A stretch of DNA of 64,000 nt, from positions 320,001 through 384,000 of the forward strand of contig CAVVOP010000022.1 in assembly GCA_963749915.1 (NCBI GenBank), in the 5' to 3' direction. The notes under the pieces are model-generated. The model ran no database searches. It worked only from the letters and a program-made list of their open reading frames with translations, and was not told where the DNA came from. This DNA comes from an uncultured cyanobacterium. Its GTDB lineage: Bacteria; Cyanobacteriota; Cyanobacteriia; Cyanobacteriales; Cyanobacteriaceae. Below are positions 42,517-53,967 of this stretch, one piece after another. Numbering within the stretch: position 1 is the stretch's first letter; each line of letters starts with the position of its first letter. The position numbers and the translations under genes are program-made.

Positions 42517-42662
42517 CAATACTGCGAGGGATTTGCTCAAAAACGTCCTCATGAGGGAAATGTAGAATTCAGAATGCGGAATTCAGAAGGAAAATTTTCA
42601 CGAATTTATTCCCTCCTGCTTTACCACCGCCAATTATATTTTCCAAAACCCCCGCAGTATTG
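42517..42662. mobile_element. CAATACT-family MITE, 146 bp
   Basis: CAATACTGCGAGGG (42517-30) / CCCCCGCAGTATTG (42649-62), 13/14; internal AGAATT heptamers. Confidence 0.72.
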
Positions 42663-42682
42663 TTGCACTCTACCGTGGATGA

Positions 42683-42895
42683 TCAATCAACATTCCACCA
42701 GCCAAAAGCAGGACCAATAAATCTAATGGCGATCCAAGTCGTAGCTAATAAACCAATACCCACCCATGCACCGCGAGTGGTTAATTTATAAGCGTCCTCG
42801 CCTTGTTTTTTAGTTAACGGCAACCATGAGATAAAACGCTCTTCTTTACCGTAATCTTTCCCTAATGATTCTTTTCTTCTCTTTGATTCACCCAT
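42683..42895 (-). CDS. DUF2839-like small membrane protein
   Basis: MGESKRRK...RFIGPAFGWW; true start 42895. Confidence 0.8.
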   Translation of the reverse strand: MGESKRRKESLGKDYGKEERFISWLPLTKKQGEDAYKLTTRGAWVGIGLLATTWIAIRFIGPAFGWWNVD

Positions 42896-42976
42896 ATCAA
42901 TAATTAACAATGAATAATTAGCAATTAACAATTAACTATCATCAGAATTGAATATTAATTCAATTCCTACTAATTA

Positions 42977-44452
42977 TCAACTGTTTAACGCCCAGTTTAC
43001 TAGAGTTCGTACCCCAAAACCAGTACCCCCTTCGTTATCTATGGCTGTAGGTTTTTCTGCCCATACTGGACCGGCTATATCTAAATGTACCCAAGGTGTG
43101 TCTTTGACAAATTGTTGTAAGAATAAGGCCGCAGTAATTGAGCCTCCGGCACGACTGCCCGTATTTTTCAGATCAGCAATTGATGACTTCATTTGGTCAA
43201 AATATTTGCTTTCTAAAGGCATTTGCCAGAATTTTTCCCCCGCGGTTTCGGCTGAAGTTTGTAACTGGGTGGCTAAATTATGATCCGTTGTCCATAATCC
43301 GGCAATGTTGTTACCTAAAGCAACAATACAAGCACCTGTTAAAGTCGCTAAATCAACCATGGCATCCACGCCCAATTTATCGGCATAAACAAGGGCATCA
43401 GCCAAGGTTAAACGTCCTTCTGCATCGGTGTTATTCACTTCGATGGTTTTGCCATTAGAGGCGGTTAAAATGTCTCCAGGGTGCATTGCTGTACCGCTAA
43501 TCATGTTTTCTGTGACCGCACTGATAAAGTGAATTTCTACCTCTGGTTTCAATTGTGCGATCGCCTTCGCCGCCCCAAAGGCAGCCGCCGCACCCCCCAT
43601 ATCCATTTTCATGGTTTCGATACCACTACCACTGACTTTTAAGTTTAAACCGCCAGAATCGAAGGTTAAACCCTTACCGATAATGGCTAGTTTCCGTTTG
43701 GGTGTACCTTGGGTTTTATAGGTAAGATGAAGAAATTTCGGGGGTAAATCCGAGGCCTTGGCTACTCCTAAAAATGCCCCCATACCTAATTTTTCGCAGT
43801 CTTCTTTTTCTAAAATTGTCAATTCTAAACCGTATTCTCTGGCTATTTGTTGCACCGTTTCCGCCATGGTTACGGGGTTAATAGCGTTAGCAGGGGCGTT
43901 GACTAATTCTCTAGCTAGAATTACCCCTGATGCGATTTTTTCGGCGGTTTCAATGGCTTTACTCGAGGCTGACAAATCTAATAATTCGACGGTTTCAAGA
44001 CTAATTTTTTGCTCTTGTGTATCGGATTTGAAACGTTTATCTTCATGTAAGGCGAGAATAATTCCTTCGCTGATGACTTGGGCTAGTATATCATTTTCAT
44101 AATCATTACTGTTGAGTGCAATGGCTAATGTTTTAATTTTGTCTTTTTTAGCAACTCTGGCGATATTTCCTCCCGCCTGACGAAAAGAATCTAGGGCAAC
44201 ATCTTCTTTTGCGCCTAAACCCGCTAAAATAATTTTACGCAGAGAGTTTTTGCCACCAACACGGGCGATAACAGTAGTACCAAATTTCCCAGTAAATTCA
44301 CTTTCGTTAATTAATTCGCTAATAGTACCATCTAATTTTTGATCTAGTTGTGCTAATTCGCCACTAAGTTCAACTTCATCAGCTAAAAAACCTAATGCTA
44401 AAGCATCACCAGTCCAATCCAATTTACTAATATTACTAATTTTAATTTCCAT
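42977..44452 (-). CDS. pepA: leucyl aminopeptidase (M17)
   Basis: [25 protein letters not shown]. Confidence 0.96.
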   Translation of the reverse strand: MEIKISNISKLDWTGDALALGFLADEVELSGELAQLDQKLDGTISELINESEFTGKFGTTVIARVGGKNSLRKIILAGLGAKEDVALDSFRQAGGNIARVAKKDKIKTLAIALNSNDYENDILAQVISEGIILALHEDKRFKSDTQEQKISLETVELLDLSASSKAIETAEKIASGVILARELVNAPANAINPVTMAETVQQIAREYGLELTILEKEDCEKLGMGAFLGVAKASDLPPKFLHLTYKTQGTPKRKLAIIGKGLTFDSGGLNLKVSGSGIETMKMDMGGAAAAFGAAKAIAQLKPEVEIHFISAVTENMISGTAMHPGDILTASNGKTIEVNNTDAEGRLTLADALVYADKLGVDAMVDLATLTGACIVALGNNIAGLWTTDHNLATQLQTSAETAGEKFWQMPLESKYFDQMKSSIADLKNTGSRAGGSITAALFLQQFVKDTPWVHLDIAGPVWAEKPTAIDNEGGTGFGVRTLVNWALNS

Positions 44453-44545
44453 CGTCTAATTAAAATAATGTGATTATTTCCCGTTATCTGTCCTAATTTT
44501 AACCATTTTTGGTTTCTGGGGAATAGGGCAATCAACAATTAATAA

Positions 44546-45547
44546 TTAATTTTCTGTGATTTCCACGGTTTTATCCAAAAAGTTTTTATCTTTTTTCGAT
44601 AATTTGTCTAGGGAGGATAAATGATTTTCACTGCAAAATTGGGGTAAAATTTCCTTAATAAATGCTTCGGAAGCCTTGGATCGATAACGGTTAGAATTTA
44701 CTATCACCGATAAAGTGCGCAGGATTTCCACATCTTGAATATGGGCACGGTGAATAATACCCATTTTTAATTCTTTTTCGATAGCAGTGACAGACACAAA
44801 AGAAGCTCCTAATCCTGATTGTACAGCGTTTTTGATGGCTTCGATGGAGTTTAATTCCATCTCGATTTTTAACTCGCTGGCGTTGATGTCACAACGGGTT
44901 AAAACTTGATCCAATACTTTTCTGATAGTGGATTGAGAATCTAAAGTAATGTAATTGAGATTGTATAAATCTTCTTTGACAATAGTTTCTTGTTCAGCTA
45001 AAGGGTGATTAGGTGGTAAGATTAAGGCCAGTTCATCTTCTGTATAGGGAATAATTTCTAGTATATCCTGTAATTCTAATGGTACTTCCCCGCCGATAAT
45101 GGCTAAATCTACTTGCCCGTTAGCTACAGCCCATGATGTGCGACGAGTTGAATGTACTTGCAACTGCACAGAAACATAGGGATATTTTTGATGAAACAAG
45201 CCAATCATTTTTGGCAATAAATAAGTACCCGTAGTTTGGGAAGCCCCAACTATTAAAGTACCACCTTGAAGGTTTTGTAAGTCTTCGATCGCCCGACAGG
45301 TTTCTTGACACAGGGTAATGATTTTTTCGCCGTAGGCAAGTAGTAAATTTCCGGCTTCTGTCAATTGTGCTTTTCTTCCTCCTCTGTCAAATAACGGCAC
45401 TGCCAACTGTTTTTCAAGGTTTTGAATTTGTAAACTGATGGCAGGTTGTGATACGAATAAACTATCGGCGGCACGTTTAAAACTACCTTCTTCGGCAATG
45501 GCTTTTAAAATCCGTAATTGATCAAGGGAGAAGGGTATATCTGACAT
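44546..45547 (-). CDS. rbcR: LysR regulator RbcR/Ycf30
   Basis: [14 protein letters not shown]...[12 protein letters not shown]...HSTRRTSW. Confidence 0.88.
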   Translation of the reverse strand: MSDIPFSLDQLRILKAIAEEGSFKRAADSLFVSQPAISLQIQNLEKQLAVPLFDRGGRKAQLTEAGNLLLAYGEKIITLCQETCRAIEDLQNLQGGTLIVGASQTTGTYLLPKMIGLFHQKYPYVSVQLQVHSTRRTSWAVANGQVDLAIIGGEVPLELQDILEIIPYTEDELALILPPNHPLAEQETIVKEDLYNLNYITLDSQSTIRKVLDQVLTRCDINASELKIEMELNSIEAIKNAVQSGLGASFVSVTAIEKELKMGIIHRAHIQDVEILRTLSVIVNSNRYRSKASEAFIKEILPQFCSENHLSSLDKLSKKDKNFLDKTVEITEN

Positions 45548-45713
45548 AAATTTTATAAATCTTTAATCGTGAAAATTATGTGCTTGAATTTTTAGGGAAT
45601 TATAATTAGACGCTAACAATGTGGGGATCAATTTTTTTGCTTATCATTGATAAGATCTAATTAAACTATAAAATAAGTATTAGTTATATTTCCATTTTCT
45701 CAGTATAGACTTT

Positions 45714-46508
45714 ATGCACCACCTTGAAGCAAATTTGCTCAATTTTTTTGACTTTGATTTAATGGCTGAATTTCCTGTTAACTTTTTAACTTCTAACCTT
45801 CCCCATTGGTTAACTCCCAGTCATTTTATCATGGTGGGTTTATTACTTTTATTTGCCATTGTGCATAGTGGTTTAGCGGCGTTGAGAATGTGGGGAGAGT
45901 CGAAAATTGGAGCTCGTTTATACCGAGTTGTATTCGCTTTGGCGAGTATTCCTTTGGCAACTATTTTGATTATTTATTTTTTCAATCATCGCTATGAAGG
46001 TTTAATGTTATGGCAAGTACAAGATATTCAAGGGGTTAAAGCTACGGTGTGGATTTTATCCTTTATTTCTTTTCTTTTCCTTTACCCTGCCACCTTTAAC
46101 TTACTCGAAATTGCCGCCGTTACCAAGCCACAAGTACACCTTTATGAAACGGGGATAATTCGTATTTCTCGTCATCCACAAATGGTAGGACAAGTTATTT
46201 GGTGTATTGCTCATACTCTTTGGTTAGGTACAACTTTTGCCATTGTCACTTCTTTGGGTTTAATCGCCCATCATTTATTTTCCGTGTGGCATGGCGATCG
46301 CCGCTTAACAAAACGTTACGGGGATGCTTTTGTAAAAGTAAAAGCAAGAACTTCAGTAATACCAATGTTGGCAATACTAGACGGCAGACAAACCCTAGAA
46401 ATTAAAGAGTTTTTACGTCCTTCTTATGTTGGGGTGATAGGTTTTATCTTCTTATTTTGGTGGTTACATCCTTGGTTGATGGTAGCGACAAGCCGAGTGA
46501 ATTTTTAA
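45714..46508 (+). CDS. NnrU family / 15-cis-zeta-carotene isomerase
   Basis: HSGLA, FLYPATFNLLE, ETGIIRISRHPQ, HGDRRL; start may be 45762. Confidence 0.85.
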   Translation: MHHLEANLLNFFDFDLMAEFPVNFLTSNLPHWLTPSHFIMVGLLLLFAIVHSGLAALRMWGESKIGARLYRVVFALASIPLATILIIYFFNHRYEGLMLWQVQDIQGVKATVWILSFISFLFLYPATFNLLEIAAVTKPQVHLYETGIIRISRHPQMVGQVIWCIAHTLWLGTTFAIVTSLGLIAHHLFSVWHGDRRLTKRYGDAFVKVKARTSVIPMLAILDGRQTLEIKEFLRPSYVGVIGFIFLFWWLHPWLMVATSRVNF

Positions 46509-46672
46509 ATTTTGTAGATAAAATGCTCCAATTTCGGGCAAAATATAGTAGGGGGATCAACGAGATAAAAGATTAAATAAGTTTTTTCCTGAATTATAGT
46601 CATCAGATTTGATGATCTTTAAAAATGCCATATATAAATATTTTGTTTTAATCCACATTACTCACTGAAGCC

Positions 46673-47011
46673 ATGATTTCCATTAATGAAAAAACTTTCC
46701 ATCAAGAATTATTAGAATCATCTGAAACTGTATTAGTGAATTTTTGGGCGCCCTGGTGTGGTTTATGTATCATGCTGAACCCGATTTTAAATAAACTAGA
46801 ATCTGAATGGCAAGAACAATTAAAAATTATTAGTATTAATGCCGATCAAAATTTACAATTAGCCAATAGTTATCGTTTGCGTAATTTGCCGACTTTGATC
46901 CTTATCAATCGAGGAAAAGTCATTCATCGACTAGAGGGGTTTCATAGCAGAGAAGATCTTTACACCAACATTAGTCATATCATGTTAGATTTTACGCCTA
47001 AATCCGCTTAA
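46673..47011 (+). CDS. trxC: thioredoxin C
   Basis: Atypical WCGLC active site of cyanobacterial TrxC. Confidence 0.88.
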   Translation: MISINEKTFHQELLESSETVLVNFWAPWCGLCIMLNPILNKLESEWQEQLKIISINADQNLQLANSYRLRNLPTLILINRGKVIHRLEGFHSREDLYTNISHIMLDFTPKSA

Positions 47012-47064
47012 ATATTAACGTTACCTCAATAAAACTATAATATTTTATTACCCAACAAATATAA

Positions 47065-47271
47065 ATGAATAATTTATTACCAGAAATAATCGCAACCCCA
47101 GGGAAATTTCCCGTTTATTTTGTAGCTGTTTATGTTGTCGGTTTTATCGCCGCCGTTGTAATTGGATCGATCGCTTGGTATAGTTCTAAACGTCCGGTAG
47201 GTTGGGAAGATTCAGAAAAACCCGATTTTGTTCCCGAGATAAAAGGTGACAATAAAGAGAAAAAAGACTAA
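47065..47271 (+). CDS. psb35: PSII assembly protein Psb35-like
   Basis: Single TM, GFIAAV.IGSIAWY.SKRPVGWED. Confidence 0.7.
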   Translation: MNNLLPEIIATPGKFPVYFVAVYVVGFIAAVVIGSIAWYSSKRPVGWEDSEKPDFVPEIKGDNKEKKD

Positions 47272-47434
47272 ATAACAACAATGTAATCGTCCATTGTCAT
47301 TGTCCATAAGGAAATAAATTATGACTGAAACCATCATTATCTAATCAAAAATTCAGGAAAATATCAGCTTACTAAGATTTAATAGAAATGGATAAAGGAT
47401 TATTTATGTCTCAAGTCTTCTTATTAAGACAGTA

Positions 47435-48847
47435 ATGTTAATTAAAATTACCCCTGATATTTCAACGATAAAAAATATTGACGTTAATTCTTTAAGATTT
47501 CGTTTAACTTTGGGAGTCGCCTTACTTTCAGCTTTTGGCTTGGGTAGTGTTGCATTTTGGATGAATTGGAAAATGCAAAATTTATTGATAATGACTCATA
47601 AACAAACTGTTAATTATGTGGCGAATCGTTTCCCCCATGATGTGGAAATTTATAGTGAAATGGTTTCTTTAGAGGTAGGTATTCAAAAAACTATTAAGAA
47701 TTTATCGGATCATAAAAATTTATTTTGGTTCAAAAATAATGATAATAAGATTATTGCTAAATCTAGTTACTTTTATCCTCAATTAGCTGATCTTAATGAT
47801 ATTTCTTCCAGTCCCCAAGTCGTAGTTATTGATAAGAATTATTGGCTTATTTGTGGTATTCCTTTAAATGTTAATCAACAATTAATTGGTTATTTATATA
47901 TTGCTCAAAATATCACTAATGAACAAACTTTATTTACTCATTTAATTAATAGTTTAACCATCGCTACCATCATTGCCATTACTATTATGATTATGGCGAT
48001 CGCTTATTATATTTCTTGTTCCTTAAAACCCCTCGAAAAAATCTGCGATGTAGCGGAAAATATCTCGGCAGATAAATTAAAAGAAGTATCAATTAACTTT
48101 AAGAATAGCCCTAGTGAAGTAAAAAAATTAGCACAAGCTTTAGAAAATATGTTGATGAGATTAGGGCAAAGTTGGGACAATCAGCAACAATTATTAAGTA
48201 ACGTTTCCCATGAATTAAGGACACCTTTAACCATCGTATCAGGCTATTTACAAAGTACCTTAAGACGGGGAGAAAATCTTACTTGCGTACAAAAAGAGGC
48301 GTTGTCTGTAGCGGTATCGGAAGCAAATCGCACAGTACAATTATTAGAAGATTTATTGGATTTAGCAAGGGCTGATAATGGTAATATCCATCTACAAATG
48401 GACATACTTACAGTTAATGATTTAATGCGAGAAATTATTGCAATGGCTCAACAGTATCGTACCAGAAATATTAACTTAACAGAAAAAAACAGTAATATAA
48501 CGATAAAAGTTGATCGTAACAGATTTAAGCAAATTTGTCTCAATTTAATCGATAATGCTATCAAATATTCTCCAGAAAACACTGATATTAACATTATCTT
48601 AAAAGAAGATAAATCAGCTATAATCGAAATTCATGATCAAGGAATAGGCATTCCTTTATCTTTTCAAAATCGCATTTTTGAGCGTTTTTATCGAGTAGAT
48701 GAGGCTAGAAATAGAGATACGGGAGGCACTGGTTTGGGATTAGCGATCGTCAAAAGTTTAGTAACTACAATGAATGGTAAAATTAGCTTGGTTTCCCAAC
48801 CTGAAAAAGGCAGTATTTTTACTATCAGTTTTCCTTTGGTAGAATAA
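47435..48847 (+). CDS. membrane sensor histidine kinase (HAMP-HisKA-HATPase)
   Basis: Two TM, SHELRTPL, NLIDNAIKY, DQGIG, GGTGLGL; no adjacent regulator. Confidence 0.93.
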   Translation: MLIKITPDISTIKNIDVNSLRFRLTLGVALLSAFGLGSVAFWMNWKMQNLLIMTHKQTVNYVANRFPHDVEIYSEMVSLEVGIQKTIKNLSDHKNLFWFKNNDNKIIAKSSYFYPQLADLNDISSSPQVVVIDKNYWLICGIPLNVNQQLIGYLYIAQNITNEQTLFTHLINSLTIATIIAITIMIMAIAYYISCSLKPLEKICDVAENISADKLKEVSINFKNSPSEVKKLAQALENMLMRLGQSWDNQQQLLSNVSHELRTPLTIVSGYLQSTLRRGENLTCVQKEALSVAVSEANRTVQLLEDLLDLARADNGNIHLQMDILTVNDLMREIIAMAQQYRTRNINLTEKNSNITIKVDRNRFKQICLNLIDNAIKYSPENTDINIILKEDKSAIIEIHDQGIGIPLSFQNRIFERFYRVDEARNRDTGGTGLGLAIVKSLVTTMNGKISLVSQPEKGSIFTISFPLVE

Positions 48848-48920
48848 TTTTCCAAAATTAATTGTCCTGAAAAATATGCAGGGGTTAATGACATTAATCT
48901 TTGATGAATTAATTTGTCAG

Positions 48921-49319
48921 CTAATCCAAAAAATCTGCTAAGATTTCGTCGGGTTCGTCTTCAATTTCGTGACCCACGATTAAAGAGTGACTTAGGCTAT
49001 CCAGGGGACGAGAAATAACTTGACTTTGTAAACTAGCTACTAATTTCTCCATAATATCTAGTCGATTTTGTAGCCTTTCAATTTGACGGTCTTTTCCTTC
49101 TAAAATCTTTAATCTTTGACTTAATTCTTGATAATTTTCTCGTAATCTATTAATCTTAACATCATCGAGATTATAGCCTAAATATTGACCAATAAGATCA
49201 GTCATCAATTCGGACAAAGATTGTCCTTTTTCAAGGGCTAAATGTTCTATTTTTTCCTTCCATTCCAAGGATAAATCAAGGGTAAGATTTAGAGATTTAT
49301 TTACTATTTTCTCTGTCAT
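48921..49319 (-). CDS. hypothetical, RHH/CopG-like N-terminus plus coiled coil
   Basis: Beta-helix-helix-like start, acidic DEPDEILADF tail. Confidence 0.6.
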   Translation of the reverse strand: MTEKIVNKSLNLTLDLSLEWKEKIEHLALEKGQSLSELMTDLIGQYLGYNLDDVKINRLRENYQELSQRLKILEGKDRQIERLQNRLDIMEKLVASLQSQVISRPLDSLSHSLIVGHEIEDEPDEILADFLD

Positions 49320-49575
49320 TTATAAAATTAATAAGAGTTATAATTAATTACTAATTGTTAATTGCTAACGGTGATTTTAACTCATTGTGAGATCTTGCAC
49401 CTTTGCTAAAACCTAAAACCTAAATTTTTAGAATATTCTTGACCTTCGTACTGTACACAATAGCATAGCTATTATACCACTAAGAGAAGGTTGATAATAT
49501 TTTGTATTTTAGAGTACATTTTTCCTGACTGTATGAATAAGAGTAAACAAAAATAATAAAATTGGGTAACAAGAG

Positions 49576-50202
49576 GTGAAAAGTAAGTTGATTGTTTTGA
49601 CGTTAATCTGTATTGTCTTCTCTGGAGTGGCTATTTTTTTTCTGGGGGGAATTAGTCCGCAATTATTGGAGAATTTTGTGGCTAAATTGGGAATATTTGC
49701 CTCTTCTCTATATATTTTTCTCTATATTTTAGCTACCATTTTACTTTTGCCTTCCACTCCTTTAAATATTAGCGGTGGCCTAATTTTTGGTTTTTGGTGG
49801 GGACTTCTTTGGACAGCGATCGCTGCTATAATAGCCGCTATGGTAAGTTTTGCTTATGCTAGATTTTTAGGCAGACAGTGGGTTAAAAAAAGATTTGGTA
49901 TTCATCTCCAACGGTTAGATAAGGAGATAAAAAGAGGGGGAATGGGGTATATTTTCGCCATTCGTTTATTGCCCCTGATTCCTTATGGTATTGTCAACTT
50001 TGGTGCTGGTTTGACTTCTGTCAGTGAAAAAGACTATCTTGTGGGCACTATTTTAGGCACTATTCCGGGTATCTTACCATTTGTGATGATGGGGGCAGGA
50101 ATTTCGGCTATGGGTAAAGGAGATATCTTGACTATCACTCTTTCTTTGGGATTGACAGGTTTATTAATAGGTGGCGCTACATGGTATCGGAAAAAGAATT
50201 GA
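49576..50202 (+). CDS. TVP38/DedA family membrane protein
   Basis: GGLIFG..G, RLLPLIPY..VN. Confidence 0.9.
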   Translation: MKSKLIVLTLICIVFSGVAIFFLGGISPQLLENFVAKLGIFASSLYIFLYILATILLLPSTPLNISGGLIFGFWWGLLWTAIAAIIAAMVSFAYARFLGRQWVKKRFGIHLQRLDKEIKRGGMGYIFAIRLLPLIPYGIVNFGAGLTSVSEKDYLVGTILGTIPGILPFVMMGAGISAMGKGDILTITLSLGLTGLLIGGATWYRKKN

Positions 50203-50303
50203 CAGTTGACAGTTGATTTTAGTAAATAATTGATAACAAGTCATTGATCATTCTCCATTAATCGATGACAATTGACAGTGGATTATTGATTAAAAGTGAG
50301 ATT

Positions 50304-51230
50304 ATGAGTGCAACAACGATCAAATCAGATAATAATAACCTTTCTACGAAATTAATTAATGGGTTACTAAATATCAAACCCCTTATGGAATTTGCTAAAA
50401 CCAGGGCACGTAAAATGATTCTCCAACGTGCTAATGTTATCGGTGTAACTTGGGAAGATAACGTTAAAAATCTTCAAGGTCATGATTGGCAAAAGGAAAT
50501 AGAAGCCGTAGAAAATCCTGATATTACTTACCCTTCTTATTATCTCGAATCTTTTCACGCCTATGATAAAGGCAATCTGAGTTGGGATGCCGCTTGGGAA
50601 TTGGAATCTGCCGCTTACACTGTGCATTCTACGGTTTATTCTAAAATTCCCCAACCTGATGGCGATCGCAATTTGAGAAACAACTATCATCAAGTTTTAC
50701 TCTCAGAAATTCCTTCTACGCCCCAAAATATCTTAGATTTAGGTTGCGGTGTCGGTTTAAGTACTTTTGCTTTACAAGAAACTTATCCTCACACCAATAT
50801 CTCAGGTTTAGATTTATCTCCCTACTTTTTAGCCGTAGCCAATTATCAAAGTAAAAGGAAAAATAAGACGATTAACTGGATTCATAGTGCCGCCGAATCA
50901 ACTAACTTACCTTCGGAATCCTTCGATTTAATTTCCGCCTTTTTAATGTTTCATGAATTACCTCAATCTGCCGCCGAAAATATTATCGCTTCCGCTAGTA
51001 AATTACTTCAAAGTGGCAGTTATTTTGCCATCATGGACATGAATCCACAGTCAGAAAATTATCAAAAAATGCCTCGTTATATCTTAACATTGTTGAAAAG
51101 TACTGAACCTTATTTGGATGAATATTTTACTTTAGAGATAAACTCTATTTTTGTCAAATTTGGTTTTTCTACTCCTAAAATTACCTCTATAAGTCCTCGT
51201 CATCGTGCTATTGTTGCCAAAAAGAAATAA
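50304..51230 (+). CDS. class I SAM methyltransferase
   Basis: FHAYDKGNL, LDLGCGVG, DLSPYFL, FHELP; ATG 50304 preferred. Confidence 0.88.
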   Translation: MSATTIKSDNNNLSTKLINGLLNIKPLMEFAKTRARKMILQRANVIGVTWEDNVKNLQGHDWQKEIEAVENPDITYPSYYLESFHAYDKGNLSWDAAWELESAAYTVHSTVYSKIPQPDGDRNLRNNYHQVLLSEIPSTPQNILDLGCGVGLSTFALQETYPHTNISGLDLSPYFLAVANYQSKRKNKTINWIHSAAESTNLPSESFDLISAFLMFHELPQSAAENIIASASKLLQSGSYFAIMDMNPQSENYQKMPRYILTLLKSTEPYLDEYFTLEINSIFVKFGFSTPKITSISPRHRAIVAKKK

Positions 51231-51273
51231 CATAGTAGTACAAATATAATTATCAACAAATGGTGTAAAAAAA

Positions 51274-51819
51274 ATGAAGGTTACTGCCACTAAAATTCCT
51301 GATGTCTTAATAATTGAGCCTCAAGTTTTTGGGGATAATAGAGGATTTTTTTTCGAGAGTTTTAATGCCAAATCTTGGCAAGAAAAAACAGGATTAAATA
51401 CTAATTTTATCCAAGATAATCACTCTCGCTCACAACAAAATGTATTGAGAGGATTACACTATCAAATCAAGGAACCTCAAGCTAAATTAGTTAGGGCAGT
51501 AGTAGGAGAAGTTCTTGATATTGCGGTAGATATTCGTCAATCTTCCCCTACTTTTAAGCAATGGGTGGGAGAGATTTTAACCGCAGATAATAAAAAACAA
51601 TTATGGATACCTGAAGGCTTTGCTCATGGTTTTTTAGTCTTATCTGAAACTGCTGAAGTTTTGTATAAAACTAATAATTTTTATGCTCCAGAATACGATA
51701 GATCCATTCGTTGGAATGATCCAGACATTAACATTAATTGGGATTTAAAAACAACCCCTTTATTATCTAATAAAGATCAAAATGCACCCTTGTTAAAAGA
51801 TGCACAAATTTTTAATTGA
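51274..51819 (+). CDS. rfbC: dTDP-4-dehydrorhamnose 3,5-epimerase
   Basis: DNRGFFFE, QDNHS, RGLHYQ, GFAHGF. Confidence 0.96.
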   Translation: MKVTATKIPDVLIIEPQVFGDNRGFFFESFNAKSWQEKTGLNTNFIQDNHSRSQQNVLRGLHYQIKEPQAKLVRAVVGEVLDIAVDIRQSSPTFKQWVGEILTADNKKQLWIPEGFAHGFLVLSETAEVLYKTNNFYAPEYDRSIRWNDPDININWDLKTTPLLSNKDQNAPLLKDAQIFN

Positions 51820-51879
51820 CCCCCGTGGGTGTTGAATAAGCTAAAACTTCTATTATTCGGTAACAAAGGATTATTAATT

Positions 51880-52764
51880 ATGACTAAAATTTTATTATTT
51901 GGAAGTCAAGGACAAGTTGGCACAGAATTGACTTATACTTTGCCTGCACTGGGGGAATTGATAAAAGTCGATCGCAAGATAGCTGACTTAACAAACGCTG
52001 AAAAAATTAGGAGTATTATCCAACAAATTAAACCCCATATTATTGTCAATGCCGCCGCCTATACTGCCGTTGATAAAGCAGAATCAGAAATCGGTTTAGC
52101 CTACCAAATAAATGCCATCGCACCGAAAATAATAGCAGAAGAAAGTAATAAAATAGGAGGAAAATTAGTTCATATTTCCACAGATTATGTTTTTGACGGA
52201 AAAGCCAATATTCCCTATTTAGAAACTGATATAACTAACCCTTTAGGAGTGTATGGTAAAAGTAAATTAAAAGGGGAAGAAAATATTAAAGAAAATACCG
52301 ATAATTATGTTATTCTTAGAACTGCATGGGTTTATGGTACTTGTGGCAAAGGAAATTTTGTTAAAACTATGCTTAGATTAGGCAAAGAAAGAGAACAAAT
52401 AAAAGTAGTAATAGATCAAATTGGTTGTCCCACTTATGCTGAAGATATAGCCATCGTTATCAACAAAATAATCCATAAATTTTCCCACGACAATAACACT
52501 GAAAAACTCTATCATTTTACTAATTTAGGAGTTTGTAGCTGGTATGATTTTGCCGTAAATATTTTTCATCAAGCCCAAAAATTAGGCTATTTTTTAACCA
52601 TAAAAGACGTTTTTCCTATTGTTACTTCAGAATACCCAACCCCGGCTCAACGTCCTGCTTATTCTGTATTAAATACCCGTAAAATTAGTCAGGATTTAGA
52701 TTTCTTTCCTCCCCATTGGCAAGATTCTTTAAGGAAATACTTTCTCAAACTTAATCAAGGTTAA
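51880..52764 (+). CDS. rfbD: dTDP-4-dehydrorhamnose reductase
   Basis: GSQGQVG, NAAAYTAVDKAE, STDYVFDG, YGKSK. Confidence 0.96.
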   Translation: MTKILLFGSQGQVGTELTYTLPALGELIKVDRKIADLTNAEKIRSIIQQIKPHIIVNAAAYTAVDKAESEIGLAYQINAIAPKIIAEESNKIGGKLVHISTDYVFDGKANIPYLETDITNPLGVYGKSKLKGEENIKENTDNYVILRTAWVYGTCGKGNFVKTMLRLGKEREQIKVVIDQIGCPTYAEDIAIVINKIIHKFSHDNNTEKLYHFTNLGVCSWYDFAVNIFHQAQKLGYFLTIKDVFPIVTSEYPTPAQRPAYSVLNTRKISQDLDFFPPHWQDSLRKYFLKLNQG

Positions 52765-52845
52765 TCCATTATTATATGTACAATTAACTTAGTTTAAAAA
52801 CTGGCCAAAAAATTGTTGACAAACTAAAAATATAGGTTATTATTT

Positions 52846-53919
52846 ATGAAAGCATTAATTCTATCCGGAGGGAAGGGTACTCGCTTACGTCCTCTCACTT
52901 ATACCGGTGCAAAACAGTTAGTACCCGTCGCCAATAAGCCCATTCTCTGGTATGGTATTGAAGCCTTAGTTTGTGCCGGAATTAAGGATATAGGCATCAT
53001 CATCAGCCCTGAAACTGGCACGGAAATTGAGAAAAAAACAGGGGATGGTAGTCGTTTTGGGGCAAATATCACCTATATTCTTCAAGATAGCCCTGATGGT
53101 TTAGCCCATGCTGTCAAAATTGCGCAACCTTTTCTCGGTGATTCTCCTTTTGTCATGTATTTGGGTGATAATTTAATTGCTGATGATTTATTTCAATATT
53201 TAGATGAATTTCTGACTAAAAATTTAGATGCTTTAATTCTTTTAAGAAAAGTAGCCAATCCTTCAGCTTTTGGTGTAGCTACTATTAACAAAAAAGGGGA
53301 AGTTTTAGAGTTAGTAGAAAAGCCGAAAAATCCTCCTTCGAATTTAGCTTTGGTGGGAATTTATTTCTTTTCCCCTTTGATTCATGATGCGATCGCAACT
53401 TTAAAACCCTCGGCTAGAGGGGAATTAGAAATCACTGATGCTATTCAAGGCTTATTAGCCGCAAAAAAATTAGTTTCAGCAAGACAACTTAAAAATTGGT
53501 GGTTAGATACGGGGAAAAAAGATGATTTACTAGAAGCAAATCGCATTATCTTGGATACTAATTTAACTTCAGAAAATTTAAGTACAATTGAAGAAAATAG
53601 TCAAATAATTGGCAGAGTAAAAATTGGGAAAAATACAAGAATAATTAACTCAACTATCAGAGGCCCCGTTATCATTGGAGAAAATTGTTCACTGGAAAAC
53701 TGTTTTATTGGTCCTTATTCAAGTATTGCCGATCATGTGCTATTAAGCGAGACAGATTTAGAACATAGCGTAATTTTAGAGTCGGCGGAAGTTTTAGGTA
53801 TTCAACAGCGAATTGTGGATAGCGTCATCGGACAACGGGCGAAAATTCATTTAGCATTAAAACGTCCAAAAGCGGTAAGTTTTATGATAGGAGATGACTC
53901 TCAAATCGAATTAACTTAA
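52846..53919 (+). CDS. rfbA: glucose-1-phosphate thymidylyltransferase (long form)
   Basis: GGKGTRLRPLT, KQLVPVANKP, RGELEITD, C-terminal LbH. Confidence 0.92.
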   Translation: MKALILSGGKGTRLRPLTYTGAKQLVPVANKPILWYGIEALVCAGIKDIGIIISPETGTEIEKKTGDGSRFGANITYILQDSPDGLAHAVKIAQPFLGDSPFVMYLGDNLIADDLFQYLDEFLTKNLDALILLRKVANPSAFGVATINKKGEVLELVEKPKNPPSNLALVGIYFFSPLIHDAIATLKPSARGELEITDAIQGLLAAKKLVSARQLKNWWLDTGKKDDLLEANRIILDTNLTSENLSTIEENSQIIGRVKIGKNTRIINSTIRGPVIIGENCSLENCFIGPYSSIADHVLLSETDLEHSVILESAEVLGIQQRIVDSVIGQRAKIHLALKRPKAVSFMIGDDSQIELT

Positions 53920-53967
53920 CATCCTTCTGGCAAAACCAAAGTTACCTTGAGTTATTGAGAAGATTCC

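Noticed and set aside
51274..53919. Missing rfbB as an anomaly
   Set aside because: rfbB is often unlinked in cyanobacteria
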